From: Candidatus Binatia bacterium
GTDB taxonomy: Bacteria; Desulfobacterota; Binatia; Bin18
Direction: 5' to 3'
Assembly (NCBI GenBank): GCA_022826945.1
Contig: JAJDTY010000080.1
Span: 34,005-98,004, forward strand
DNA: 64,000 nucleotides
In this document: positions 54,649-63,526 of the stretch, one piece after another
Layout: each line of letters opens with the position of its first letter
Position numbering within the stretch: the first letter of the stretch is position 1
The notes under the pieces: generated by a model
What the model saw: only the letters and a program-made list of their open reading frames with translations
Told to the model about the DNA's origin: nothing
Database searches by the model: none
Translations under genes and position numbers: made by a program

Positions 54649-56280
54649 ATGCAGCGTTTGTGGCCCATTCCGCTCGCCGGTGTAAGCGGTGTTCTGCTTG
54701 CCCTGGCCTTTCCGAAAGTCGATTGGAATATTCTGGCCTGGGTTGCTTTTATCCCGCTACTCTGGATGACGCAGGGGCAGACGCTACGCCGTGCTTTCAG
54801 CCTTGGCTGGATTGCCGGTATGGGGTTTTATCTCTGTACGCTGTATTGGGTCGTCGATACGATAGGCCTGTACAGCAATATTCCTCATATTATTGCCGTC
54901 GGTCCGTTGCTCCTGATGTGTGCCATTTTATCAGCATACACCGGAGTCTTTGCTGTCGGCCTGTGTGTCTATCACAAGAGCCGGCCGCACAACAGCGGTT
55001 GGTCACTCCTCGTATTCGGACCCATGCTCTGGGTCGCCCTGGAATGGGTTCGCTCGTTCTTTTTTATTGGATTTCCCTGGGTCAGTCTGGGCTATTCACA
55101 ATACAACTTCGTAAACCTGATTCAGTTTGTCGAATACACTGGTGTCTACGGGCTGTCGGCGCTGGTGATCTTTGGCAATGCTGTTCTCTTTCTCGTTTTT
55201 TCCCGTCAGGGCCGTGGGCGCTTGGTGCTGGTTCTACTCCTGGTGATCGCGGGATTGTGGGGCTGGGGAAACTGGCGTCGCAGTCAGTTGGCTGCGCTAC
55301 CCACGACCCATACGCTGCACGTTGGGATCGCCCAGGGGAATATCGCTCAGGATCAAAAATGGGATCCTGATTACCAAGAAGTCACCATCGCCCGCTATGA
55401 GCAACTCACGCGTCAGATCACGGAACAAGCAACCGACCTGGTTATTTGGCCGGAGGCAGCAGTGCCATTTTTCTTTCAGTCCGAGGTGACCTACCGTGGC
55501 CGGCTGCTAGACTTGGCCCAAGACACCAACACGCCCATCCTGTTTGGGAGCCCTGCCTTTCGAGTCGATGATACGGAACTCACGCTGTTCAACCGGGCCT
55601 ATCTCCTGTCTCCGGACACGACGATTCTGGGGCATTATGACAAGATGATCCTTACCCCCTTTGGCGAATACATCCCCTTTCAAGACAGTGTACTCTTCTT
55701 TCTGGATAAATGGGTGGAAGGGATAGGCGACTTTGCGCCAGGGACGACGCCGACCGTTTTTTCTCTTCCCCTAAAGAGTCGACCTGTCCTCCACCCGGAT
55801 GACAAAGCTGGACACGTTGATGCCTTTGAGACTTTTGGCGTACTCGTCTGCTATGAGGGTGTGTTCCCTGACCTTGCGCGTCGCTTCGTTCATAATGGTG
55901 CGCGGCTGCTGATCAATGTGACCAATGATGCCTGGTTTGGAGAGACTTCGGCTCCCTATCAACATCTGGCCATGGAGGCCATGCGGGCCGTCGAGAATCG
56001 AGTGCCCCTGGTGCGGTCCGCAAATACCGGGATCTCAGCCATCGTGCATATTGATGGACAGATTCAGGCCCAAACCGCGCTCCTGGAGACCACCTTTATT
56101 GCCGACCAGCTTGCCTGGCCTCACGTGACCTCCTTCTATACCCAGTACGGTGATTGGTTTGTGACGTTGTGCGTCGTCGGGACGCTCGTTATGCTAGGCT
56201 ACATAGGGATAATTGTATTATTCGTTAAGCGAAACGGAGGAGGCGGAGATGCTGGCAGAAATCAGAGAAAAATTACATGA
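54649..56280 (+). CDS. lnt: Apolipoprotein N-acyltransferase
   Basis: Multi-TM N-terminus. CN-hydrolase domain with 'VLVCYEGVFPD' (catalytic Cys) and 'NDAWFG'. Confidence 0.9.
   Translation: MQRLWPIPLAGVSGVLLALAFPKVDWNILAWVAFIPLLWMTQGQTLRRAFSLGWIAGMGFYLCTLYWVVDTIGLYSNIPHIIAVGPLLLMCAILSAYTGVFAVGLCVYHKSRPHNSGWSLLVFGPMLWVALEWVRSFFFIGFPWVSLGYSQYNFVNLIQFVEYTGVYGLSALVIFGNAVLFLVFSRQGRGRLVLVLLLVIAGLWGWGNWRRSQLAALPTTHTLHVGIAQGNIAQDQKWDPDYQEVTIARYEQLTRQITEQATDLVIWPEAAVPFFFQSEVTYRGRLLDLAQDTNTPILFGSPAFRVDDTELTLFNRAYLLSPDTTILGHYDKMILTPFGEYIPFQDSVLFFLDKWVEGIGDFAPGTTPTVFSLPLKSRPVLHPDDKAGHVDAFETFGVLVCYEGVFPDLARRFVHNGARLLINVTNDAWFGETSAPYQHLAMEAMRAVENRVPLVRSANTGISAIVHIDGQIQAQTALLETTFIADQLAWPHVTSFYTQYGDWFVTLCVVGTLVMLGYIGIIVLFVKRNGGGGDAGRNQRKIT
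55773..55828 (+). repeat. Palindromic element copy W, in frame inside lnt
   Basis: aaagagtcgacctgtcctccacccggatgacaaagctggacacgttgatgcctttg, encoding LKSRPVLHPDDKAGHVDAFE just upstream of the catalytic CYE motif. Confidence 0.75.
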
Positions 56281-57353
56281 GTTGAGCGCACGCATTGAGA
56301 GTCTTGGGAGGCATCTTTGACATCCCGGATAAGGAAGCCCGTGCCGCCGCACTGGAAGAACAAACGCTGGCCGACGGATTTTGGCAAGATCAGGAGAAGG
56401 CGCAAGCCATCCTCAAGGAGCGAGCAAGCTTACTCGACACGGTAACGGAGTGGAAAAAGCAGACCCAGACCGTATCTGACGCGCTGCTCTTTCTGGAACT
56501 GGCCGAAGCCGGAGACGCCGAGGCGGTTGAAGAAGTCGAACGGACGGTGCCCGAGCTTGAAACGATCGTGAGTCGGGCAGAGTTGCAGTGGATGCTGGGC
56601 GGAGAACACGATGGGCAGAGTGCCATCGTCAGTCTCCACCCCGGCGCCGGTGGTCTCGAAGCCCAGGACTGGGCCGATATGCTCCTCCGACTCTATCTGC
56701 GCTGGGCGGAACGCCGCAGCTATAGCGTAGAGATGGCTGAACACCTGCTTGGTGAAGGCGGGGGGGTAAAAAGTGCGACCTTTACCGTTGAGGGGGCCTA
56801 CGCTTACGGCTATCTGCGGGCGGAGGCGGGCATTCATCGGCTCGTTCGAATTTCGCCGTTTGATGCCAATGCCCGGCGGCATACCTCCTTTGCCTCTGTT
56901 TTTGTTTATCCGGATATTGATGAAGCTGTCGAAGTTGATATCCGTCCTGAAGATTTGCGCGTTGATACCTACCGGGCCAGTGGGGCTGGGGGACAGCACG
57001 TCAACAAAACCGACTCCGCGATCCGTCTGACCCACATCCCGAGTGGGATCGTGGTGGCGTGTCAGAATGAACGGTCCCAACATCGGAATCGAACCATGGC
57101 GATGAAAATTCTCCGTGCCCGTTTATACGAGCTGGAGATGGAAAAACAAAAGGAGAAGATGGAGGGCCTACATAAAAGCAAAAAGGATATTGCCTGGGGA
57201 AGTCAGATTCGCTCGTATGTCCTTCATCCCTACCGGATGGTCAAAGACCATCGCACCAACGTGGAGGTCGGGGATACAGACGCGGTCCTGGATGGCGATA
57301 TCGATCAGTTTATCGAAGCCTATCTGCTCCAACAGTCGACGGCAGCCGAGTAA
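56249..57353 (+). CDS. prfB: Peptide chain release factor 2, join(56249..56317,56319..57353) via programmed +1 frameshift
   Basis: Frame 0: MLAEIREKLHELSARIESLGRHL-TGA. The +1 frame continues DIPDKEARAAALEE...; 'SGAGGQHVNKTDSA' (GGQ) and the 'SPF' motif are present. Confidence 0.95.
56306..56320 (+). other. prfB recoding site: SD-like GGGAGG, 3-nt spacer, CTT TGA C
   Basis: gggaggcatctttgac. The in-frame TGA is at 56318-56320, and the +1 reading resumes at GAC at 56319. Confidence 0.9.
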
Positions 57354-57489
57354 TGGTCTCGACCGTTCTCGGTCCGCGAACCGGGTGGCGAGACCAGCGT
57401 AATCTCTTGGCAATCATCCGGGAAGCAGGTACACTCCTGCGACCTGTCCTTGCCTGAGATCAAGGGGTAAGCGCCTCTAGGGGGAGACC

Positions 57490-58407
57490 ATGAACGCGTT
57501 GACGATTGAACGAATTCCGGAACTAAACGACCCTGTCCTGATTGTCGCCTTTGCCGGCTGGAACGATGCCGGTAGCGCGGCGACGCATGCCACGCAGTTC
57601 CTCATCAAGCGCCTCCAGGCACAGCGTTTCGCGACGATCGACCCTGAAGAATTTTATAATTTCAGTGAGGTTCGGCCCCACGTGCGCCTGCGAGACGGGC
57701 TCTACCGCGAGATTCGCTGGCCGGCCAATGAATTCTTTGCGACGAGCGCAGAGCAGCTCAAGCGCAGCATGGTCCTGGGTCAGGGCATTGAACCGCATCT
57801 CCGCTGGAAGGCGTATTCAGCGGCCTGTCTGGATGTTGCCAAGCAGTGTGGGGTGCGCCTCGTGATTACCCTCGGGGCGCTCTTGGCCGATGTGGCCTAT
57901 TCCAGGCCGGTACGCGTGGTTGGATTTAGCAGCGACCCCGATATTGCGACGCAACTCCAACTCACCCAGTCCCGTTACGAGGGGCCAACGGGCATCGTGG
58001 GGGTGCTGAATGATGCCTGCCGTCAGGCTGGATTGACGTCCATCAGTTTCTGGGCCAACGTACCGCACTATATTTCCGCTTCTCCAAACCCCAAGGCAGC
58101 CCTGGCTCTCGTCAGCCGTCTTGAGTCCTTTCTCCAATTCGCCCTGGATACCACCGAGCTGGTGACAGGCGCGGCGGAGTTTGACGCACAGGTCGCCAAG
58201 GCGATTACCGAAAACCCCAACCTGGCCGCCTACGTCAAACGCTTGGAAGAACAGGAGCAGGAAGAGGGGCTGGAAACGGAGCCCGCTGCGCAGGACAAAG
58301 CCGGCAACGGACACGGCAACGGCAATGGGCATGCCAACGGCAAGGATATGGCTGAAGAACTTCAGCGTTTCTTGCAGCAGCGTAAGGATCGTAAAGATGA
58401 CGAGTGA
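57490..58407 (+). CDS. PAC2 (proteasome assembly chaperone 2-like) family protein
   Basis: 'PVLIVAFAGWNDAGSAATHA' is the family N-terminal signature. Confidence 0.7.
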   Translation: MNALTIERIPELNDPVLIVAFAGWNDAGSAATHATQFLIKRLQAQRFATIDPEEFYNFSEVRPHVRLRDGLYREIRWPANEFFATSAEQLKRSMVLGQGIEPHLRWKAYSAACLDVAKQCGVRLVITLGALLADVAYSRPVRVVGFSSDPDIATQLQLTQSRYEGPTGIVGVLNDACRQAGLTSISFWANVPHYISASPNPKAALALVSRLESFLQFALDTTELVTGAAEFDAQVAKAITENPNLAAYVKRLEEQEQEEGLETEPAAQDKAGNGHGNGNGHANGKDMAEELQRFLQQRKDRKDDE

Positions 58408-59851
58408 GGCCCGGTCCGGCCCGGATAAGTCCGTGTATCTGGTGAATCTGGGTTGCCCTAAAAATCTCGTGGACGGCGAGGTCATGCTCGGCCTGCTGGC
58501 GGATGCGGGCTATACGCTAAGCCTCGACCCGGAACAGGCCGGGGTCCTGATGGTCAATACGTGCAGCTTTATCGACGAGGCCAAGGAGGAGTCGATTGAG
58601 ACGATCTTGGATCTGGCGGCCTATAAGGCGACGGGGACAAAGAGGAAACGTATCCTCTCAGACAAAGCTAGACATGTTTCCTCATTCGAGAAACAGCTCA
58701 TTGTGACCGGTTGTCTCGCTCAGCGTTATGGCCGGGAACTGCGCGAACTCCTACCCGAAGTGGACGTTTTTGTGGGAACGGGAGAGTTTCTGCGGATCAC
58801 CGAGATATTGGCACAGAAGCAGCGCGTGCTTGATGGTCCCACCCTGTATCTGGGGGCCTCCCATGTCCTGCCGGATCATACCGTTCCGCGTATCCCGACC
58901 ACCCATTTTTACTCCGCCTATCTCAAGGTTGCCGAAGGCTGCAACCATAAATGCGCCTTTTGTATTATTCCGAAAATTCGTGGCTTACAGGAAAGTCGGC
59001 CGATTGCTTCTCTCGTGGCCGAAGCCACCGGACTGGTTGCGCAAGGGGTGCGAGAAATCAATCTCATTGCGCAAGACCTGACCGCCTACGGGCGAGAGCG
59101 CCGTGATGGGACGACTCTGCTCGCCCTGCTCAAATCCCTCGTGCATGTTGAGGGGCTGGACTGGATTCGGCTGTTGTATTGCTATCCGAATTATCTCGAT
59201 GAATCCCTGTTAAAGTTCATTGCCGCGGAAGAAAAGGTGTGTCCGTATATTGATATGCCCCTCCAGCACATCAGCGACCGGATGTTGAGGCGGATGAAGC
59301 GGGAGAAAAGCGGGGACGGCATTCGCCGTGTATTGGATCGGATTCGGGACGCTATTCCCGGTGTGATTGTACGCTCGTCTTTTATTGTAGGCTTCCCTGG
59401 TGAGCGAGAGGAGGATTTTCGACAACTGTGCGATTTCGTGACCGAGGCGAAACTCGATCACGTGGGGGTGTTTCGCTATTCCCAGGAGGAAGGGACGGCT
59501 GCGGGCATAATGACCGACCAAGTTAGCGAAGAGATTAAGGAGGAACGCTGGCATAAATTGATGGCCTGTCAGGCCGAGGTCGTGCGTAAAAAAAATAGCG
59601 CGCTGGTGGGTGAGGAACGATCGGTACTCGTCTGTGGTCAGGACGATCACGGCCGCTGGTGGGGACGAATGCAGTGCCAGGCTCCGGATATCGATGGCAT
59701 CGTCTTCCTGGAACAGTGCCTGGCTGACAGCGGCGACATGGTCCGCGTCCGGATTACCGGGGCGTCCGGCTATGACCTGCAAGCGCGCTGTCTTCCCGAA
59801 CAGCCGCTGCAAACGCCCATAGCTCTTGACTTGGCAGCCGCTTCTCCCTAA
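58397..59851 (+). CDS. rimO: Ribosomal protein S12 methylthiotransferase RimO
   Basis: MTTase N-domain 'VNLGCPKNLVDGE...NTCSFI', radical SAM 'EGCNHKCAFCIIP', and a TRAM domain. Start at MTSEARSG (58397). Confidence 0.9.
   Translation: MTSEARSGPDKSVYLVNLGCPKNLVDGEVMLGLLADAGYTLSLDPEQAGVLMVNTCSFIDEAKEESIETILDLAAYKATGTKRKRILSDKARHVSSFEKQLIVTGCLAQRYGRELRELLPEVDVFVGTGEFLRITEILAQKQRVLDGPTLYLGASHVLPDHTVPRIPTTHFYSAYLKVAEGCNHKCAFCIIPKIRGLQESRPIASLVAEATGLVAQGVREINLIAQDLTAYGRERRDGTTLLALLKSLVHVEGLDWIRLLYCYPNYLDESLLKFIAAEEKVCPYIDMPLQHISDRMLRRMKREKSGDGIRRVLDRIRDAIPGVIVRSSFIVGFPGEREEDFRQLCDFVTEAKLDHVGVFRYSQEEGTAAGIMTDQVSEEIKEERWHKLMACQAEVVRKKNSALVGEERSVLVCGQDDHGRWWGRMQCQAPDIDGIVFLEQCLADSGDMVRVRITGASGYDLQARCLPEQPLQTPIALDLAAASP
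58639..58688 (+). repeat. Palindromic element copy Y, in frame inside rimO
   Basis: aaagaggaaacgtatcctctcagacaaagctagacatgtttcctcattcg, encoding KRKRILSDKARHVSSFE between 'LAAYK' and 'LIVTGCLAQRY'. Confidence 0.75.
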
Positions 59852-59884
59852 GGTGTCTGTCCTTTTTATCTCGACCGTGGTGAA

Positions 59885-59940
59885 AAAGAGTTGGCGTGCC
59901 CTCCACTCATCCAAATAAAGCTGGACACGTTGACTCTTTG
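59885..59940 (+). repeat. Palindromic element copy Z (rimO-dksA intergenic)
   Basis: aaagagttggcgtgccctccactcatccaaataaagctggacacgttgactctttg. Arms agagttggcgtg / cacgttgactct pair over 12 bp, three of them G.U. Confidence 0.8.
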
Positions 59941-59951
59941 GAGAAGGCGTC

Positions 59952-60371
59952 ATGAGAAAAACGTTCCTCAAAAAAATGCGGACGACGCTCGCTGGCCAAA
60001 AGCAGCAAATCCTGATGCAGCTTGACGAAGAGATTCGAGAGGGTAAAGAGAGTGAACTGGACGAAGGAATGGATACCTACGATCTCGCCAGCGAGGAGCG
60101 CGAACGAGAAATCCATCTGATCCTGAGTGACCGTGATCGAGATAAACTGCAAGCCATAGAAAACGCACTGGAGCGGATCGAAGAGGGCGAATACGGTATT
60201 TGCGAAGACTGCGAAGAAGAGATCGCCCAAGCACGCCTTGAAGCGTTGCCGTTCACCAGACTATGTGTCGCCTGTCAAGAGGAACGCGAAAAGGAAGCGC
60301 GCTTTCAGCGCCGTATTGATGACGGGGGTGGATTCGGTCGGTCCAACTTGGTTGATCTGGACGACGGGTAA
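59952..60371 (+). CDS. TraR/DksA-family C4 zinc-finger protein
   Basis: 'GEYGICEDCEEEIAQARLEALPFTRLCVACQ'. Confidence 0.8.
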   Translation: MRKTFLKKMRTTLAGQKQQILMQLDEEIREGKESELDEGMDTYDLASEEREREIHLILSDRDRDKLQAIENALERIEEGEYGICEDCEEEIAQARLEALPFTRLCVACQEEREKEARFQRRIDDGGGFGRSNLVDLDDG

Positions 60372-60448
60372 AATCAGCCCCGTCTTTTTCCTCGGTCTAT
60401 TTTGGTTGCCTGCGCAAGGCACTCCCTCTGTCGGCCCGCAGTGATGAG

Positions 60449-61885
60449 ATGCGACCCGACGACCACACGCTCCTCACTACGCTTTTTCGGACGGCCATTG
60501 AGGCGGTTCATCCACGCCATCTGATCCCACAGACTGTTACGATTGAAAAGGAACAGCTGCTCGTTCGGCCACGGGACAAAGAGGGAACGTATCCAGCTTT
60601 TTTAGATGATTGGGGGGCACGTTCCCTCTTCGAGGCCGCTGATGCGTTGACGCTCACTCTGACGGGTCGCCTCTTCCTGATTGGGGCAGGGAAGGGGGCA
60701 GGCAGTATGGCCCAGGCGCTAATGCCCGTGCTCGGTCCGAGGCGCATTGGCGGGTGTGTCATCATTCCGAGCGAGCAAGCGGTGTCCGACCTGTCCCTAC
60801 CTGGAATACGGGTTGTGCAAGGAGAGCATCCATTGCCCGGACCGGGCAGTGAGTCCGCGACCCAAGTGCTTGTGGAGAGCCTCTCCCAGGTCCAACCCCA
60901 CGACCTCGTCCTGGTGTGTCTGACTGGCGGAGCCTCCAGCCTGCTTGTGCGTCCCGCGGTCGGGCTGACGCTTTCGGACAAGACCCTTACCAATGCTGTC
61001 TTGTTGGAATGTGGGGCGGATATCCTGGCGCTGAACACCGTACGCAAACATATATCCCAGGTAAAAGGCGGCTGGCTCGCACACCACGCGCAGCCCGCGA
61101 CTGTGGTCAGTCTGATTCTGTCGGACGTGATTGGTGACGATCTGAGTGTGATCGGCTCAGGCCCGACCGTCGCTGATCCCACGACGTTTATGGACGCGTG
61201 GCGGGTGGTGGAGCAGTACGGCATCGCACCGCGGCTCCCCCAGTCCGTGTGCACACATCTGCAGCAAGGCGTCCGCGGGAGCATACCTGAGACGCCAAAA
61301 CCCGGAGACTCGCTCTTCTCTCGCGTCCACAATATGCTGATTGGGTCGAATCACCTAGCGTTGCAGGCTGTCCGCGAGGCTGCCGCGCACCGAGGGCTAC
61401 GCTCTCACCTGATTGCTCAACCTCTCGCTGATGACTCACTCGTGGCCGGACATAATTTTGCCCAAACTCTGCGTGCCGTTCGTCAGCACTGCTCTGGCCC
61501 GACGTGTCTGCTGGCTGGTGGCGAGACAACGGTACAGGTCCGAGGCACTGGGAAAGGAGGGCGCAATCAAGAGTTTGCGCTGGCTGTCGCCCAGGAACTC
61601 GCCGGGGAAGCCGGGTGGAGCCTGCTGAGTGCGGGAACGGACGGCATAGATGGTCCGACCGACGCTGCCGGAGCCTTTGTGGACGGCCGGACGCTGGGTC
61701 GAGCGCGTCGTAAAAATCTCGATCCCGCTCGATTCCTGCGTAATAATGACACTTACACCTTCTTTTCTGTTCTCGGTGACTTATTTCGCCCAGGCTCAAC
61801 AGGAACAAACGTGATGGATATTAAAATTGCGCTTGTGGATCCTCCCGACGCTGAAGAGTGCTTCGACAAACAGGACAGAGAGTAG
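60449..61885 (+). CDS. Glycerate 2-kinase / hydroxypyruvate reductase-like (DUF4147 + MOFRL)
   Basis: 'LIGAGKGAGSMAQAL', 'LLAGGETTVQVRGTGKGGRNQEFALA', 'GTDGIDGPTDAAGA'. Confidence 0.8.
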   Translation: MRPDDHTLLTTLFRTAIEAVHPRHLIPQTVTIEKEQLLVRPRDKEGTYPAFLDDWGARSLFEAADALTLTLTGRLFLIGAGKGAGSMAQALMPVLGPRRIGGCVIIPSEQAVSDLSLPGIRVVQGEHPLPGPGSESATQVLVESLSQVQPHDLVLVCLTGGASSLLVRPAVGLTLSDKTLTNAVLLECGADILALNTVRKHISQVKGGWLAHHAQPATVVSLILSDVIGDDLSVIGSGPTVADPTTFMDAWRVVEQYGIAPRLPQSVCTHLQQGVRGSIPETPKPGDSLFSRVHNMLIGSNHLALQAVREAAAHRGLRSHLIAQPLADDSLVAGHNFAQTLRAVRQHCSGPTCLLAGGETTVQVRGTGKGGRNQEFALAVAQELAGEAGWSLLSAGTDGIDGPTDAAGAFVDGRTLGRARRKNLDPARFLRNNDTYTFFSVLGDLFRPGSTGTNVMDIKIALVDPPDAEECFDKQDRE

Positions 61886-61888
61886 AGT

Positions 61889-62239
61889 ATGTCCCGTCGT
61901 CTGTTGTTACGCGGAGTGGCGGCTTTTAACGCGGGCCATTTCTTTGAAGCGCATGAAATCTGGGAAGCGCTCTGGAATGAGACGGTTGGCGAAGAGAAAC
62001 GTTTTGTCCAGGGGCTTGTGCAGTTGGCCGCCGGTTACCTCAAGCTCTCCAGCGCTCAATACCCCGGCGCTCTCAAACTGCTCACGCGCGCTTGTCAGAC
62101 CCTGCGGACCTATCCACCAATATATGCGGGACTCCAAGTTAGCCTGCTGTCTGACGCCAGCCTCACCGTTGTCCGCCAACTGGAAACGGGGAGGACGGGT
62201 ACAGATATTCAGCCTCCGCAAATCCAAACTGTGCCGTAA
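61889..62239 (+). CDS. DUF309 domain protein
   Basis: 'FNAGHFFEAHEIWEALW...FVQGLVQLAAGY'. Confidence 0.7.
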   Translation: MSRRLLLRGVAAFNAGHFFEAHEIWEALWNETVGEEKRFVQGLVQLAAGYLKLSSAQYPGALKLLTRACQTLRTYPPIYAGLQVSLLSDASLTVVRQLETGRTGTDIQPPQIQTVP

Positions 62240-62379
62240 GAACCCTCGCTTTTCTTATTCTGAATGGACATTCAGTCAGTTTTTCTTGACAAAACCCCAG
62301 TGTCAATAATATGATTATCCATCCGGACAGTGCGAGGATGGAGTGGAAAAAAGTGAGGTCCATGTCCGAAGAAGTCTGC

Positions 62380-63417
62380 ATGGCTGTCTACACCGTCCTT
62401 GACCGCAAAGCCGTTAATCGTCTCGTCAAAGACTATGGATTAGGGCGTCTGTCAACTATTCATGGTATTTCTGCCGGGTCGGTGAACACCCATTATGGCC
62501 TTGAGTCCGCGAAGGGGAAATTCATTCTGCGGATCGATGAGGTCAAAGACACCAGCGATGTGCAGCGTGAAGTCGACTTTCTGCTCTTCCTGCGTAAACA
62601 TGGCTTTCCGTGCCCACGGCCGGTGGCTGATAAAAATGGGTCCTATCTCCAGCACTACGAAAAGAAAGCGGTCTCCATCTATCGTCATCTGGCCGGTAAA
62701 GACTTCTCGGCCGCAACGCTCACCACTGACCATATAGAAAAGATTGGACAGACCCTGGCTCGGCTCCATCTCATTGGCCAGGAATATGATACCCCGATCA
62801 GAAATCGGTTTGCCTTTGATCGTGTACGTAGCATCTATCAAAGTCTGCGTGGCCGGATTGCGGTCCATCTGAAGCATATTGGTCACGTTCTGGATGATGA
62901 AATCGCCCATCAGGAAGAATATCGGGAAGAAAAGCTACCAAAAGGTATGATCCACGGTGACCTCTTTCCTGATAACGTCCTGTTTCGTGGTGGAAGAGTG
63001 GTTGGGGTGCTCGACTTTGAAGCGGCCTGTTTTGGAAAGTTTATTGCCGACCTGGCAACTGCCGTAAACGCCATGTGCTATCACGAGGAGCGCTACCATA
63101 TCGGTCGGTTCAACGCCCTCCTTGACGGCTATCAGTCCGAACGTACGCTGTCGCTGGCCGAGTGGGACGCCTTTCCGAATGAGCTCCGTTTTTCCGCCTT
63201 CCGCTTTACCCTGACCCGTCTACGTGATTTTTTCTTTCGTCATATGGATGAAAAACGGCGCGTGAATAAGGATTATCGGGAATTCTTTCACCGTCTCAGA
63301 ATCCTCCGCCGGGAGCGGAGCGGTGGGATGGACCAGATGCTCCTCACGATGGCAACGGGCTATGATTACCGCAAGTATCAAAAGATCCACGCTGAGGAAA
63401 AAGGCGTGAACGCCTAA
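62380..63417 (+). CDS. thrB: Homoserine kinase type II (APH/protein-kinase fold)
   Basis: 'MAVYTVL...GISAGSVNTHYGL' and 'IHGDLFPDNVLF'. An alternative ATG lies at 62362. Confidence 0.7.
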   Translation: MAVYTVLDRKAVNRLVKDYGLGRLSTIHGISAGSVNTHYGLESAKGKFILRIDEVKDTSDVQREVDFLLFLRKHGFPCPRPVADKNGSYLQHYEKKAVSIYRHLAGKDFSAATLTTDHIEKIGQTLARLHLIGQEYDTPIRNRFAFDRVRSIYQSLRGRIAVHLKHIGHVLDDEIAHQEEYREEKLPKGMIHGDLFPDNVLFRGGRVVGVLDFEAACFGKFIADLATAVNAMCYHEERYHIGRFNALLDGYQSERTLSLAEWDAFPNELRFSAFRFTLTRLRDFFFRHMDEKRRVNKDYREFFHRLRILRRERSGGMDQMLLTMATGYDYRKYQKIHAEEKGVNA

Positions 63418-63433
63418 GTCCGGTACAGGAAAC

Positions 63434-63480
63434 GAAGAGGAAGCGTGTCCATGTCTGATTGGAGGACACGTTCACTCTTC
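63434..63480 (+). repeat. Short-loop palindromic element copy V (thrB-accC intergenic)
   Basis: gaagaggaagcgtgtcc-atgtctgattgga-ggacacgttcactcttc. 17-position stem with a 2-nt internal mismatch and one G.U. Confidence 0.7.
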
Positions 63481-63526
63481 GCCCGCTCCTGCATCCTGAC
63501 AACGTTGCGGAGGCACCCAGATCACT

